Assembly: GCA_963702425.1 (NCBI GenBank)
Contig: CAVPCQ010000013.1
Location: 1 to 47,616 of the forward strand
DNA: 47,616 bases
Direction of reading: 5' to 3'
From: an uncultured Acidobacteriota bacterium
GTDB taxonomy: Bacteria; Acidobacteriota; Polarisedimenticolia; J045
Shown here: positions 18,290-28,091 of the stretch, one piece after another
How the letters are laid out: the number at the start of each line of letters is the position of its first letter
Numbering within the stretch: the first letter of the stretch is position 1
Made by a program: the position numbers and the translations under genes
Notes under the pieces: generated by a model
The model's database searches: none
The model's input: the letters and a program-made list of their open reading frames with translations, nothing else
Told to the model about the DNA's origin: nothing

Positions 18290-18559
18290 TCAGGGGACGC
18301 GCTGCCGCCGCCGGACCAGTTCGGCCTGCAGCGCCTCGACCGCGCGCGCCACGCAGTCGCGCGACGGCACCGGCGGTGGCGCGCGGCGGCAGGCGTCGAT
18401 CTGCTCTCTCAGGCCGTCCAGCAGGGTGCGGCAGTCGGCGCAACCGGCGAGGTGCCGCTCCAGCTCCTCGCGCTGCGGCACCGGCAGCGTCCCCTCCAGC
18501 AACTCCGAGAGCGTGACCGCCCCGGACTCGCACTGCGGGCACCGCGATCCCGAGCTCAC
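18290..18559 (-). CDS. zinc-finger (ZAS/zf-HC2) anti-sigma factor
   Basis: LSELLEGTL..LERHLAGCADC (HxxxCxxC); GTGA overlap with the sigma gene stop. Confidence 0.85.
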   Translation of the reverse strand: MSSGSRCPQCESGAVTLSELLEGTLPVPQREELERHLAGCADCRTLLDGLREQIDACRRAPPPVPSRDCVARAVEALQAELVRRRQRVP

Positions 18560-19188
18560 GCCGTCGTCCCTCCCTCGGCCTGCAGCCGCCGCCGCAGCGC
18601 CAGCCGCGCGCGGTGCAGCCGGACCTTCGCGTTGGCGACAGAGATCTGGAGCACCTCGGCCACCTCCTCCGTCGAGAGCTGCTCGAAATCCCTCAACAGC
18701 AGAATGATGCGGTAGTCGGGCGGAAGGTGACGGATCGCGGCCTCGATCCGCTCGCGGGCCTCCCCGGCCAGGACCGCGCGTTCGGGGTCGACGGCGCCCG
18801 CGTCGGGCAAGTCGGGCGCCTCACCGCGCTCGGCGGAGAGCGGGAACAGCTCGTCGAACGCCACCGTGCGTCCCGGGTCGCGCGGGCCGCGGCGGCTCAT
18901 CAGGCACTCGTTCGAGACCACGCGCCAGAACCAGGTCCGGAGCGCGCCGGGGTCTGCGAGGTCGGCTAGTCGCGTATAGACCTTGACCAGCGTCTCCTGG
19001 AAGACGTCCTCGGCGTCGGCCCGGTTGCCGCACATCCTGAGGCCGAAGGCCATGATCAGCGGCCCGAAGCGCTCGACGAAGCTTTCGAAGGCCTCCGGAT
19101 CCCCGGCCTGGACCGAGCGGACCAGCGCGAGGTCTCGAGGGCCGAGCCCCGGGCGCTCCGGGGTGGCGTGGGGAGGGCCGGATGGCAT
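18556..19188 (-). CDS. ECF RNA polymerase sigma factor
   Basis: GDPEAFESFV, DAEDVFQET, LRTWFWRV (region 2); LPPDYRIILLLRD..EVAEVL..NAKVRLHRAR (region 4); start 19188 or 19197. Confidence 0.92.
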   Translation of the reverse strand: MPSGPPHATPERPGLGPRDLALVRSVQAGDPEAFESFVERFGPLIMAFGLRMCGNRADAEDVFQETLVKVYTRLADLADPGALRTWFWRVVSNECLMSRRGPRDPGRTVAFDELFPLSAERGEAPDLPDAGAVDPERAVLAGEARERIEAAIRHLPPDYRIILLLRDFEQLSTEEVAEVLQISVANAKVRLHRARLALRRRLQAEGGTTA

Positions 19189-19328
19189 GGCGTGCATTCT
19201 AGCGTGCCCCGCCAGCGGCCCGTCGAAGCCCCCCGGGACGCCGTGGCATCGCCCATCCGGACTGATTAGAGTACCTCCCTGCCCACCCCCCGGCGCGGCC
19301 AGCGCGCCGCCATTCCGAGGTATCCGAC

Positions 19329-20378
19329 ATGATCGAGAAGATCCGCGAGACGCTCGGCCCACAGGCACCGCTCCTGGACTACGTTGCCAGGGGAATCCCC
19401 AAGGACTCGCTGCACCTCCCGGGGCCCGACTGCGTCGACCGGCTGCTGGTCCCGATGGACCGGCCGCCGCAGGTCCTGCGCAGCTTCCAGTCGCTGATCG
19501 GGAATGGGCGGCTCGCCGGAACCGGTTTCGTCTCGATTCTCCCGGTCGATCAGGGGATCGAGCACTCCGGGGCGGCCTCCTTCGCGCCGAATCCCGCGTT
19601 CTTCGACCCCGAGACGATCGTCCGGCTCGCGATCGAGGGAGGCTGCAACGGCGTGGCTTCGACGCTGGGAGCGCTCGGCGCGGTCGCGCGCCGCTATGCG
19701 CACCGGATCCCGTTCATCCTCAAGCTGAACCACAACGAGCTGATGACCTACCCGAACAAGTTCGACCAGGTGATGTTCGCGTCGGTCAAACAGGCCTGGG
19801 ACATGGGCTGTGCCGGGGTCGGCGCGACGATCTATTGGGGCTCGGATGGAGCGACGCGCCAGCTGCAGGAGGTCTCGGCCGCATTCCAGGCGGCGCACGA
19901 GATGGGGATGATCGCGATCCTCTGGTGCTACACGCGCAACCCGGCCTTCAAGAGCGACAAGGACTACCACGTGTCGGCCGACCTCACCGGCCAGGCGAAC
20001 CACCTCGGCGTCACGCTGGCGGCCGACATCATCAAGCAGAAGCTGCCGGAGAACAACGGCGGATACCTCGCGCTCGAGAACTACGGCAAGACGAGCAAGA
20101 AGGTCTACGGCGAGCTGGTCCCCGACCACCCGATCGAGTGGACGCGCTGGCAGGTCGTCAACTGCTACATGGGACGGATCGGTCTGATCAACTCGGGCGG
20201 CGCGTCCGGGAAGAACGATCTGCAGGACGCGGTCGCGACCGCAGTGATCAACAAGCGCGCCGGCGGGATGGGGCTGATCTCGGGGCGGAAGGCGTTCCAG
20301 AAGCCGTTCGCCGAGGGCGTGAAGCTCCTCCATGCGATCCAGGATGTCTACCTCTGCCCCGAGGTGACGGTCGCCTGA
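19329..20378 (+). CDS. fbaB: class I fructose-bisphosphate aldolase (DhnA type)
   Basis: [51 protein letters not shown]. Confidence 0.95.
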   Translation: MIEKIRETLGPQAPLLDYVARGIPKDSLHLPGPDCVDRLLVPMDRPPQVLRSFQSLIGNGRLAGTGFVSILPVDQGIEHSGAASFAPNPAFFDPETIVRLAIEGGCNGVASTLGALGAVARRYAHRIPFILKLNHNELMTYPNKFDQVMFASVKQAWDMGCAGVGATIYWGSDGATRQLQEVSAAFQAAHEMGMIAILWCYTRNPAFKSDKDYHVSADLTGQANHLGVTLAADIIKQKLPENNGGYLALENYGKTSKKVYGELVPDHPIEWTRWQVVNCYMGRIGLINSGGASGKNDLQDAVATAVINKRAGGMGLISGRKAFQKPFAEGVKLLHAIQDVYLCPEVTVA

Positions 20379-20409
20379 GGCACGCCGGGCGATCCCGGAC
20401 GGAGCGACG

Positions 20410-20916
20410 ATGGGCAGCCTGCGCGACCAGCTGGTGAAGACCGGGCTCGCCGACGACAAGCGGGCCCGGCAGCTCGCGCACGACGAGAAGGCGCGCAAGA
20501 ACAAGCTGGGGCACGACGCGATCGCGGCCGAGAAGCACGCCGAGGACGAGGTGCGGCGCAGCCGGGACGCCGCGCGGCGCGAGCAGGACCGCGCGCGCGA
20601 GGCGGAACGGGCCCGGGGGGAGAGCGCACGGGAAACCGCTGCGCGCTCCGCCCAGCTGCTCCGCGATCACGGGCTGCGCGACGGCGTCAAGGGACCGCGC
20701 CGCTTCCACTTCGTCACGCGGCAGGGGTCGATCCCCTTCCTCGAGCTTTCGGAGGACGCCGCCCGACGGCTCGAGGCCGGCGGCGCCGCGATCTGCGAGG
20801 TTCCGGGGGCGGCGTCCGAGGAGTTCGCGCTGGTGCCGGCCGACGTCGCCCGACGCCTCAGGGAGTCGCACGCCGCGTGGGTGCTCTTCTTCAACGAGGG
20901 TCGGACGGAGCCGTAA
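20410..20916 (+). CDS. DUF2058 family protein
   Basis: N-terminal SLRDQLVKTGL, charged helix, RLEAGGAAI..FALVPADVARRL. Confidence 0.75.
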   Translation: MGSLRDQLVKTGLADDKRARQLAHDEKARKNKLGHDAIAAEKHAEDEVRRSRDAARREQDRAREAERARGESARETAARSAQLLRDHGLRDGVKGPRRFHFVTRQGSIPFLELSEDAARRLEAGGAAICEVPGAASEEFALVPADVARRLRESHAAWVLFFNEGRTEP

Positions 20917-23174
20917 CCGCCAGCGCCGCCTGACCGAGCGCGATGCCGCCGTCGTTCGGCGGGACCTCGTGGTTGACCCAGACCGGGAGCGCGCCCGGCC
21001 GATCGACGCGGTCCCGAATCAGCTCCAGCAGCAGTGCGTTCTGGAAGACTCCGCCCGACAGGACCAGCGCCGCGGCCTTCGATTCCTCGCGCGCCCGGGC
21101 CGCGATGTCCGCCACCGCGGCTGCCAGCGCCTCGTGGGAAGCGCGCGCGATCTCGGCCGGGTCGCGGCCGCGCCGCCGGTCCTCGATCGCCGCGTCCAGC
21201 AGCGGTCGCCAGTCGAGCTGCGCGTCGCCCCACGGCAACGGGTAGGCCGCCACCCCGCGCGCTCCGCGCGCGAGCTGCTCGAGCGCCATCGCGGCCTGCC
21301 CCTCGAAGCTGATCTCCCGGGTGAAGCCGCAGAGCGCGGCCAGCGCGTCGAACAGCCGACCGACCGAGGTCGACTCGTGGACCCGCTCGCCGGCGCGCGC
21401 CAGGCCCAGCGCGGCGCCGTAGCGCGGCGGCATCGCGAACGGCGGCGCCTCCAGGTCGGGGGTACCGGCGGCGGCGGGGTGGAGCGATGCCACGAAGCCG
21501 GCCAGGCACTGCGGCGGGAAGAGCGCCGCCGCATCGCCGCCGGGGAGCCGCACCGGCCGGAGGTGCGCGCTGCGGGCGAGCCCGCCGGCGAGCGTGCCGA
21601 CGAAGACCTCGCCCCCCCAGATCGTCCCGTCGTCGCCGAAGCCCGTGCCGTCCCAAGCGACGCCGACGACCGCGGTCTCCCACGCGCCGCGCTCGGCCAG
21701 CACCGAGGCAACATGCGCGCGGTGGTGCTGGACCGCGACGTGGCGCGCCGCGGGCAGCGCCAGCGCCTCGCGCGTCGCGTGGTAGTCGGGGTGCAGATCG
21801 TGCGCGACGATCGCGTCGGCGGGGTCGACCTCCCACATCGCGCAGAGGTCGCGGATCGTCCCGGTGAAGGCCTCGCGCGCCGCCAGGTGGTCGAGGTCGC
21901 CGACGTGCTGGCTGATCGAACGCTTGGCCCCCGACGACCAGCGCGATCGCGTTCTTGAGGTCGGCGCCGGTCGCAATCACGGGCGGTCCGCCCGGAAACG
22001 TCGCTACGGCCGCCGGTGCATAGCCGCGCGAGCGGCGCAGGATCGTCGGCCCGAACGGCCCCGCGCGCACCACCGAGTCGTCGACCCGGCGAGCGATCGG
22101 GCGCTCGCCGGCCAGGAACAGGTCCGCGATCCCACCGAGCGTGACGAGCGCCTCGTCGTCGCGGTAGGCAATCGGCTCGGACGAGCGGTTGGCGCTCGTC
22201 AGGACCAGCGCCGGGGGTGCGCCCGCCGCGAACAGCAGGTCGTGGAGCGGCGCGTAGGGCAGCATCAGGCCCAGTTCGCGGTGGCCGGGCGCGACCTCGA
22301 GCAGCTCGACACGCGCCGGCGCGAGCACGATCGGCCGCGGGTTCGAGAGCAGCAGGGCCCGGCTCTGCGTGTCGAGCACGACCAGCGCCTCGGCCTCCGC
22401 CAGGTCGCGCGCCATCACCGCAAAGGGCCGTTCCTTCCGGAATTTCCGGGCCCGCAGCGCCGCGACCGCGCCGGGCTGCCGCGCGTCGCACGCCAGGTGG
22501 TAGCCCCCGATCCCCTTCGTCGCGACGATCGCGCCGGCCGCCAGCGCCGCCGCGGCCGCCGCGATCGGATCGGCGCCGCCCGCGGCATCGTTCCCGTCCG
22601 GGCGCAGCAGACGGAACCGCGGGCCGCACGCGGGGCAGGCGACGGGTTGCGCGTGAAAGCGTCGGTCGCGCGGGTCTTCATACTCGCGCGCGCAGTCCGG
22701 GCACAGCGGCCAGTCCTTCATCGTCGTGCGCTGGCGGTCGTACGGCAGGCCGAGCACGATCGAGAAGCGCGGGCCGCAGTCGGTGCAGTTGATGTACGGG
22801 TAGCCGGTGCGGCGATCGGCCGGATCGCCGAGCTCGGCGAGGCAGGCCGCACAGACCGGGAGATCCGCCGAAACGCGAACCGTCGGGGTTCCCTGGCGGG
22901 CACTCGCCCGGATCACGAAGCCGGAGTGACCTTCAACCGCCGCGGGCTGCGCATCGCAGGCGGCGATCTGCGCCGCCGGCGGTGGCGCCGCGAGCAGTTC
23001 GGCCCGGAACGCGGCCAGCGCCGCGGCGGACCCCTCGGCGTGAATCTCGACCCCCTGCTCGCCGTTCAGGACCCAGCCGGCGATCCCGTGGCGTTCCGCC
23101 AGACGGAAGACGAAGGGACGGAACCCGACTCCCTGCACGACTCCCTGGACGGAGATCCGCCGCGCCTCGATCAT
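20891..23174 (-). CDS. hypF: carbamoyltransferase HypF; +1 frameshift at ~21917 (assembly error or pseudogene)
   Basis: GVVQGVGFRPF acylphosphatase domain, two CxxC..CxxC zinc fingers, KGIGGYHL, RRSRGYAP; second frame continues SQHVGDL, HDLHPDY, VQHHRAH, DGTGFGDDGTIWGGE, PPNDGGIALGQA. Confidence 0.9.
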
Positions 23175-23242
23175 GGACGCATTGTACGGGCCGCCACGGA
23201 GGGCGGCCCCTACCGACGAAATCGCGCGCCCGGAGCAGGCCG

Positions 23243-24532
23243 TTACCGCGCCGGGAGCGCCTTCAGCAGGTCCCTCGCCTCGGCCGCGTCGGCGCTGCTG
23301 GAATCGAGCTCGAGAAACTTCTTGAACGAGTCGCGGGCCTTGCCGTACTCCCCCAGCCCGAGGTACGCGAGCCCGAGCTGGTTCCAAGCCTTCGCATACT
23401 TCGGATTGACCTCGACCGACTTCTCGAAGGCCGTGATCGCGCGCTTGCGGTCGTCGTTGGTGACCCCCTTCTTGTTCATGATCGAAACGCCGGCGTTGTA
23501 GAACATCCGGTCGGCGGCCTGCGGATCGGCCGCGGCCAGCTTGCGGAAGATCTCCTCCGCGCCGGCAAAGTCCCCTTTCCCGCTCAGGATGTCGGCCTTC
23601 GCCAGCAGCGCCTCGGAGTCGGACGGCGCGATCGACAGCCAGCGGTCGGCCTCCTTCGCGGCGTTTTCGGTCTGCCCGGCCTCGCCGTACGCCTCGAACA
23701 GCGCCTTGGCCACCAGCGCGTTCTGCGGCTGCAGCTCACGCTCCTTCTCGAGCAGCGGGACCGCGGCGGCGATCTGGCCGCGCTCGGCCATCCAGACGGC
23801 CATCTGCAGGCGGACCCCGATCCGGTCGGGAGCGACTTGGATCAACCGGTAGGCTTCGCGCACCGCCCCCTGCGTGTCGCCCGCCTTGGCCATGTAGGTC
23901 GCGCGCGCCCACATCAGGTCGGGATCGTTGGGCTTCTCGGTCAGGGCCTGCCCCAGGATCTCGATCGCCGCGGGGTAGTCCCCCAGCGCCGCCGCCTCGT
24001 CGGCCTTCTCCGCCGGCGTCAGGTCTTTCTTCGGCTGCCCCGGTGCGGCTCCGGCAGCCGGCGCGGACGCCGGCGCGACGTAGTCGGTCACCTTCGCCAC
24101 GACCAGCGAGATCGTCGTATTCGCGCCGCGATGCTTGACGATCGGCAGCTTGTCCTGGGCCTTCGGGTTGAGCGAGCCCGAGTCGTCCTGGAAGATCTCG
24201 CGCGTCCCGCGCCGCGTCCGGATCTGGTACTTGCGGATGTACCACTCCGGGCTGTCGACCGTCAGAAGGTAACCCGCCTCGAACAGCTCGACCTGCGGAA
24301 AGATGAACGTCCCCTTCTTCGTCGTCTTCATCACGAAACCGGGGTCGCCTTCGACGTTGCGGGCCAGCTTGATCGGCAGGTCGGGGACGGGGTTCCCCTG
24401 CTCGTCCGCCACCTCGCCCCACACGCCGGGCCGGGTCTCGTTCAGGACGCCCTGCGCTGCGGCCGGCAGTGCGCACGCTGCGAAGAGAACACCGGCTGCC
24501 GCGGCGAGCCGGCTCACGACACGAACATTCAT
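23243..24532 (-). CDS. exported tetratricopeptide-repeat protein with N-terminal carboxypeptidase-regulatory-like domain
   Basis: Start MNVRVVSRL with GAGGAG RBS; signal peptide; WGEVADEQGNPV; TPRs such as FEKSVEVNPKYAKAWNQLGLAY. Confidence 0.85.
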   Translation of the reverse strand: MNVRVVSRLAAAAGVLFAACALPAAAQGVLNETRPGVWGEVADEQGNPVPDLPIKLARNVEGDPGFVMKTTKKGTFIFPQVELFEAGYLLTVDSPEWYIRKYQIRTRRGTREIFQDDSGSLNPKAQDKLPIVKHRGANTTISLVVAKVTDYVAPASAPAAGAAPGQPKKDLTPAEKADEAAALGDYPAAIEILGQALTEKPNDPDLMWARATYMAKAGDTQGAVREAYRLIQVAPDRIGVRLQMAVWMAERGQIAAAVPLLEKERELQPQNALVAKALFEAYGEAGQTENAAKEADRWLSIAPSDSEALLAKADILSGKGDFAGAEEIFRKLAAADPQAADRMFYNAGVSIMNKKGVTNDDRKRAITAFEKSVEVNPKYAKAWNQLGLAYLGLGEYGKARDSFKKFLELDSSSADAAEARDLLKALPAR

Positions 24533-24591
24533 CGGACGGACTCCTCGTCCGGGCGGGTTGCCGGAATGATAGGCCCGACGCCTGCGGCGAT

Positions 24592-25554
24592 CTAGGCCTT
24601 GCCCGCGATCTGGTCCACCTCGGCGCAGGTCTTGGTGACGACGCCGACCGAGCGCTCGAGCGCAGCCTTCTCGGCATCGTTCAGCGGGACCTGGATCACC
24701 TTCTCGACACCGCTCTTGCCGAGCACCGCCGGCACGCCGACGAACAGCCCCTTGACGCCGTACTCCCCTTCGAGGAGCGCGCTGACCGCGAGGATCTGCT
24801 TGCGGTCGTAGATGATCGCCTCGGCCATCGTCAGCGCCGACCAGGCCGGCGAGACGAACGCGGAGCCCGAGCCGAGCAGCTTGACCACCTCGCCCCCCGC
24901 GCCGCGGGTGCGGGCTTCGATCGCGTCGAGCTTGGGGCCGTCGACGAACATCTCTACCGGCAGGCCGGCGACGCGCGTCGCGGAGCGGATCGGAACCATG
25001 TCGTCGCCGTGGCCGCCGAGCACGAGCGCGGTGACGTTGTCGACCGAAACCCCCGCTGCCTCCGCGATGAAGTAGCGGTAGCGGGCCGAGTCGAGCACAC
25101 CGGCCATTCCCATCAGCCGGCCCTTCGGCAGGTGCAGCAACTGGTGCAGCCGGTAGACGATCGCGTCGAGCGGATTGGCGATCGAGATCACGATCGCGCC
25201 CGGGGCATGGGCTTTGATCCCCTCGGCGACCTGGTCCGTGATCTTCAGGTTGGTCGCCAGCAGTTCCTCGCGCGACGGCAGCGTCCCGTCGGGCTTCGGC
25301 TTGCGCGGCACACCGGCGGTGTTGATCACCAGCTGCGAGCCCGCCAGGGCCTCGTAGGTCTTGGAGGCCTCGAAGCGGCAGTCGAAGCCCACGACCGGAC
25401 TCCCCTCGGCGATGTCGAGGCACTTCCCCTTGGCGAGGTCGGGCGGCATGATGTCGACCAGACCCACCGCTCGGGCCAGCCGACGACGGCCGATCTCCTG
25501 GACCAGAACGCCACCGATCATGCCCCCACCCACCACGCCGATCTTCTCGAGCAT
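24592..25554 (-). CDS. mdh: malate dehydrogenase (LDH-like), extended active-site loop
   Basis: VVGGGMIG, TAGVPRKP, NPLD, GMAGVLDSAR, LGGHGDDMVP, GGEVVKLLGSGSA; GGAGGAG RBS; TAAAAT -10 upstream. Confidence 0.9.
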   Translation of the reverse strand: MLEKIGVVGGGMIGGVLVQEIGRRRLARAVGLVDIMPPDLAKGKCLDIAEGSPVVGFDCRFEASKTYEALAGSQLVINTAGVPRKPKPDGTLPSREELLATNLKITDQVAEGIKAHAPGAIVISIANPLDAIVYRLHQLLHLPKGRLMGMAGVLDSARYRYFIAEAAGVSVDNVTALVLGGHGDDMVPIRSATRVAGLPVEMFVDGPKLDAIEARTRGAGGEVVKLLGSGSAFVSPAWSALTMAEAIIYDRKQILAVSALLEGEYGVKGLFVGVPAVLGKSGVEKVIQVPLNDAEKAALERSVGVVTKTCAEVDQIAGKA

Positions 25555-25701
25555 CGCTCTCCTCCGTGCGCCCGGCGCGCTCGGCGCGGGCTCGTGCCCG
25601 GCTCACCCGGGCGGGAAACAAAACAGCATTTTAGCCGACCCGCCGCCGGCGTCGCGCGACTTCCGGCGGCTTTCGGGGCCGTGCGTGACCCGGGTGGCGC
25701 G

Positions 25702-27009
25702 GTGAGGGGGCCTTCGGGCGCACCTCACCCCGGCCCCGCCCCCCCGGCCTGGGCCGGCACCCTTCCCGGATCGATCTACCGGCTGCTCGCCTACGGCGCG
25801 ATCGGCGCCGCCGGCCTCCTGCATCGCCTGTCACCGGACCCCGCAGCGCGGCGCGACCTGGCCGAGCGGTTGGCGACGGGAGAGGCCCTGGAGGAGCTGC
25901 CGCGCGGCGCGATCTGGGCCCACGCGGCGTCGATGGGCGAGGTCCGAGCCCTCGCGTCGCTGGCTCGGGCGCTGGTCGAGGCCGGCGAGACGCGTCCGTT
26001 CTTCGTGACCACCCAGTCGGGCACCGGACGCCGACTGGCCCGCGAGCTGGGATTCGCCTCGCAGCTCGCCCCGGCGGACCAGCCGACGGTCCTCAGGCGC
26101 TTCCTCGGGGCCCTGGAACCGCCGCTGCACCTGGTCGTCGAAACCGAGATCTGGCCGTGGCGGCTCTCACTGTTGCGCGGCCTGCGGGTGCCGACGGCGA
26201 TCGTCTCGGCCCGCCTCTCGTTGCGGCGGTGGCCGAGCTATCGCCGGCTGCGGGGGCTATACGGCGCCGCGCTGTCCGAGGTCACGCTGCTCTGCCCGGC
26301 CAGTGAGGGCGACCGCGACCGGTTCGCTGCTCTCGGAGTTCCCGCGGCGTGCTTCGGCCCGGTGGGAAACCTCAAGTGGGACGCCGCCCCACCCCCTCCC
26401 GACCCGCTCGCGATCCAGGCGCTCCGGTCCGAGCTGGGGCTCGATCCGGCGCTGGCGTGGATCGTTCTGGGGAGCTGTCACCCGGGCGAGGCGGCGCCGT
26501 TCGCGACACTCGCGGCCGGGCCGGAACGGTCGGCGCTGCTGGTCGCGCCACGGCACCCGGAGCGGTTCGACGAGCTGGCCGCCGAGCTGCAGGGCGCCGG
26601 GCTGTCGGTGCACCGGGCCGCGGCGGGCACGGCCCCGGCCGGCACCCGCGCGGTGCTGCTCGACCGGATGGGGGTGCTGCCGCGGGCCTACCCGCTGGCC
26701 GCGGCCGCGACCCTGGGAGGGACCTTCGCGCCGGTCGGCGGCCACTCGCCGCTGGAGGCCGCCGCCGCCGGCTGCCCCCTGGTTTCGGGCCCCCACGATC
26801 ACGCCCAGGCCGACCTGGTCGAGCCGCTGGCGGACGCGGGTGCCCTGGTCCGCTGCGCGAGCCCGGCCAGCGCCCTCGCGCAGCTTCGCGCTTGGCTGAA
26901 CGACCCCGCGGCGCGGCTGGCCGCCGGCGAGGCGGCGCAGCGCGCGGTCGCGTCGCACCGCGGCGTGGCGCGGATCCTCGCCGCTGCGGTACGGGGGCTC
27001 GAGGCGTGA
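25702..27009 (+). CDS. waaA: 3-deoxy-D-manno-octulosonic acid (Kdo) transferase
   Basis: IWAHAASMGE, VETEIWP, GNLKWD, VAPRHPERF, GGHSPLE; start codon uncertain (25681 or 25702). Confidence 0.88.
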   Translation: MRGPSGAPHPGPAPPAWAGTLPGSIYRLLAYGAIGAAGLLHRLSPDPAARRDLAERLATGEALEELPRGAIWAHAASMGEVRALASLARALVEAGETRPFFVTTQSGTGRRLARELGFASQLAPADQPTVLRRFLGALEPPLHLVVETEIWPWRLSLLRGLRVPTAIVSARLSLRRWPSYRRLRGLYGAALSEVTLLCPASEGDRDRFAALGVPAACFGPVGNLKWDAAPPPPDPLAIQALRSELGLDPALAWIVLGSCHPGEAAPFATLAAGPERSALLVAPRHPERFDELAAELQGAGLSVHRAAAGTAPAGTRAVLLDRMGVLPRAYPLAAAATLGGTFAPVGGHSPLEAAAAGCPLVSGPHDHAQADLVEPLADAGALVRCASPASALAQLRAWLNDPAARLAAGEAAQRAVASHRGVARILAAAVRGLEA

Positions 27010-28091
27010 GCCGGGTCCGTCCGATCCCGGCGCTGGCGCCGCTCGGAAGCCTCTACCTGCGGCTCGCGGCGCTGCGCAACCGGCTCTTCGACCGCGGTAC
27101 CTGGCGCGCCGTGCGCGCCGGCGCGCCGGTCCTCTCGATCGGCAACCTGGTCGCCGGTGGCACCGGCAAGACGCCGGCCGCGGCCTGGTTCTCGGCGCTC
27201 CTGGCCGACGAGAGCCGACGGGTCGCGATCGTCTCGCGCGGGCACGGCGGCGTGCGCGCCGTCGATCCGCTGCTGGTGCGCGACGGCGGCGCGCCGCTGG
27301 CCGCGGCGCGGGAAGCGGGTGACGAGCCCTACCTGCTGGCGCTCGAGGAGGCGGCTCCCATCGTCGTGGTCGGACGCGACCGCGTCGCCGCCGCCGCCCT
27401 GGCGTGCGCCCGCGGTGCGACGGCGATCGTGCTCGACGACGGCTTCCAGCACCGCTGGCTGGGACGCGATCTGGACGTCGTGCTGCTCGACGCCGGGGAC
27501 CCGCTGGGGGGCGGCCGCGGGCTTCCCGCGGGGCTGCTGCGTGAGCCCGCGTCCGGCCTCGGCCGGGCCGGGCTGATCCTGCTCACCCGCGCGCCGGGGG
27601 CGCTCCTCGTCCCGCGGCTGCTCGAACCGGCGGAGTGGCCCGAGACGCTCGCTGCCGCGCTCCACGACGCGTGCACCGCGCGCGGCGCACCGCTCCCGCC
27701 GGTCGCGGCCGCGAGGCACGCGCCCGTCGCGATCGCTCTTCCCGACGGGCGCAGCCTGCCCCCCGCGTCGCTCGCCGGGAGAGAAGTGGTCGCGGTCAGC
27801 GGGATCGCCCGGCCCGATGCCTTCGTGGCCACGCTGGAGGCGCTCGGCGCGCACCTCGCCGCCCGGCTCGACTTCGCAGACCACCATCATTACGACGACG
27901 ACGACGCGGGGGCGATCGCCGGCGCGGCGGGACGTGCACCCGGCGCGCTGCTGATCACGACCGCCAAGGACGCGATCCGCTGGCCGGGCGCGGCCCCTGT
28001 CCCGGCCGTGCTGAAGATCGCCTTCGGCGTGCCGGCAGCGGCGGACGTGCGGGCCATCGTGCGCCGCACGCTGTTCGCGGAGGCCGCGTGA
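27006..28091 (+). CDS. lpxK: tetraacyldisaccharide 4'-kinase
   Basis: SIGNLVAGGTGKTP, SRGHG, GDEP, LDDGFQH, PAGLLREP, FADHH, TTAKD. Confidence 0.92.
   Translation: MSRVRPIPALAPLGSLYLRLAALRNRLFDRGTWRAVRAGAPVLSIGNLVAGGTGKTPAAAWFSALLADESRRVAIVSRGHGGVRAVDPLLVRDGGAPLAAAREAGDEPYLLALEEAAPIVVVGRDRVAAAALACARGATAIVLDDGFQHRWLGRDLDVVLLDAGDPLGGGRGLPAGLLREPASGLGRAGLILLTRAPGALLVPRLLEPAEWPETLAAALHDACTARGAPLPPVAAARHAPVAIALPDGRSLPPASLAGREVVAVSGIARPDAFVATLEALGAHLAARLDFADHHHYDDDDAGAIAGAAGRAPGALLITTAKDAIRWPGAAPVPAVLKIAFGVPAAADVRAIVRRTLFAEAA

Noticed and set aside
24469-25701. Long N-terminal extensions of the waaA ORF (from 24469) and the TPR ORF (from 25621)
   Set aside because: They overlap mdh; the recognisable protein sequence starts later in each case.
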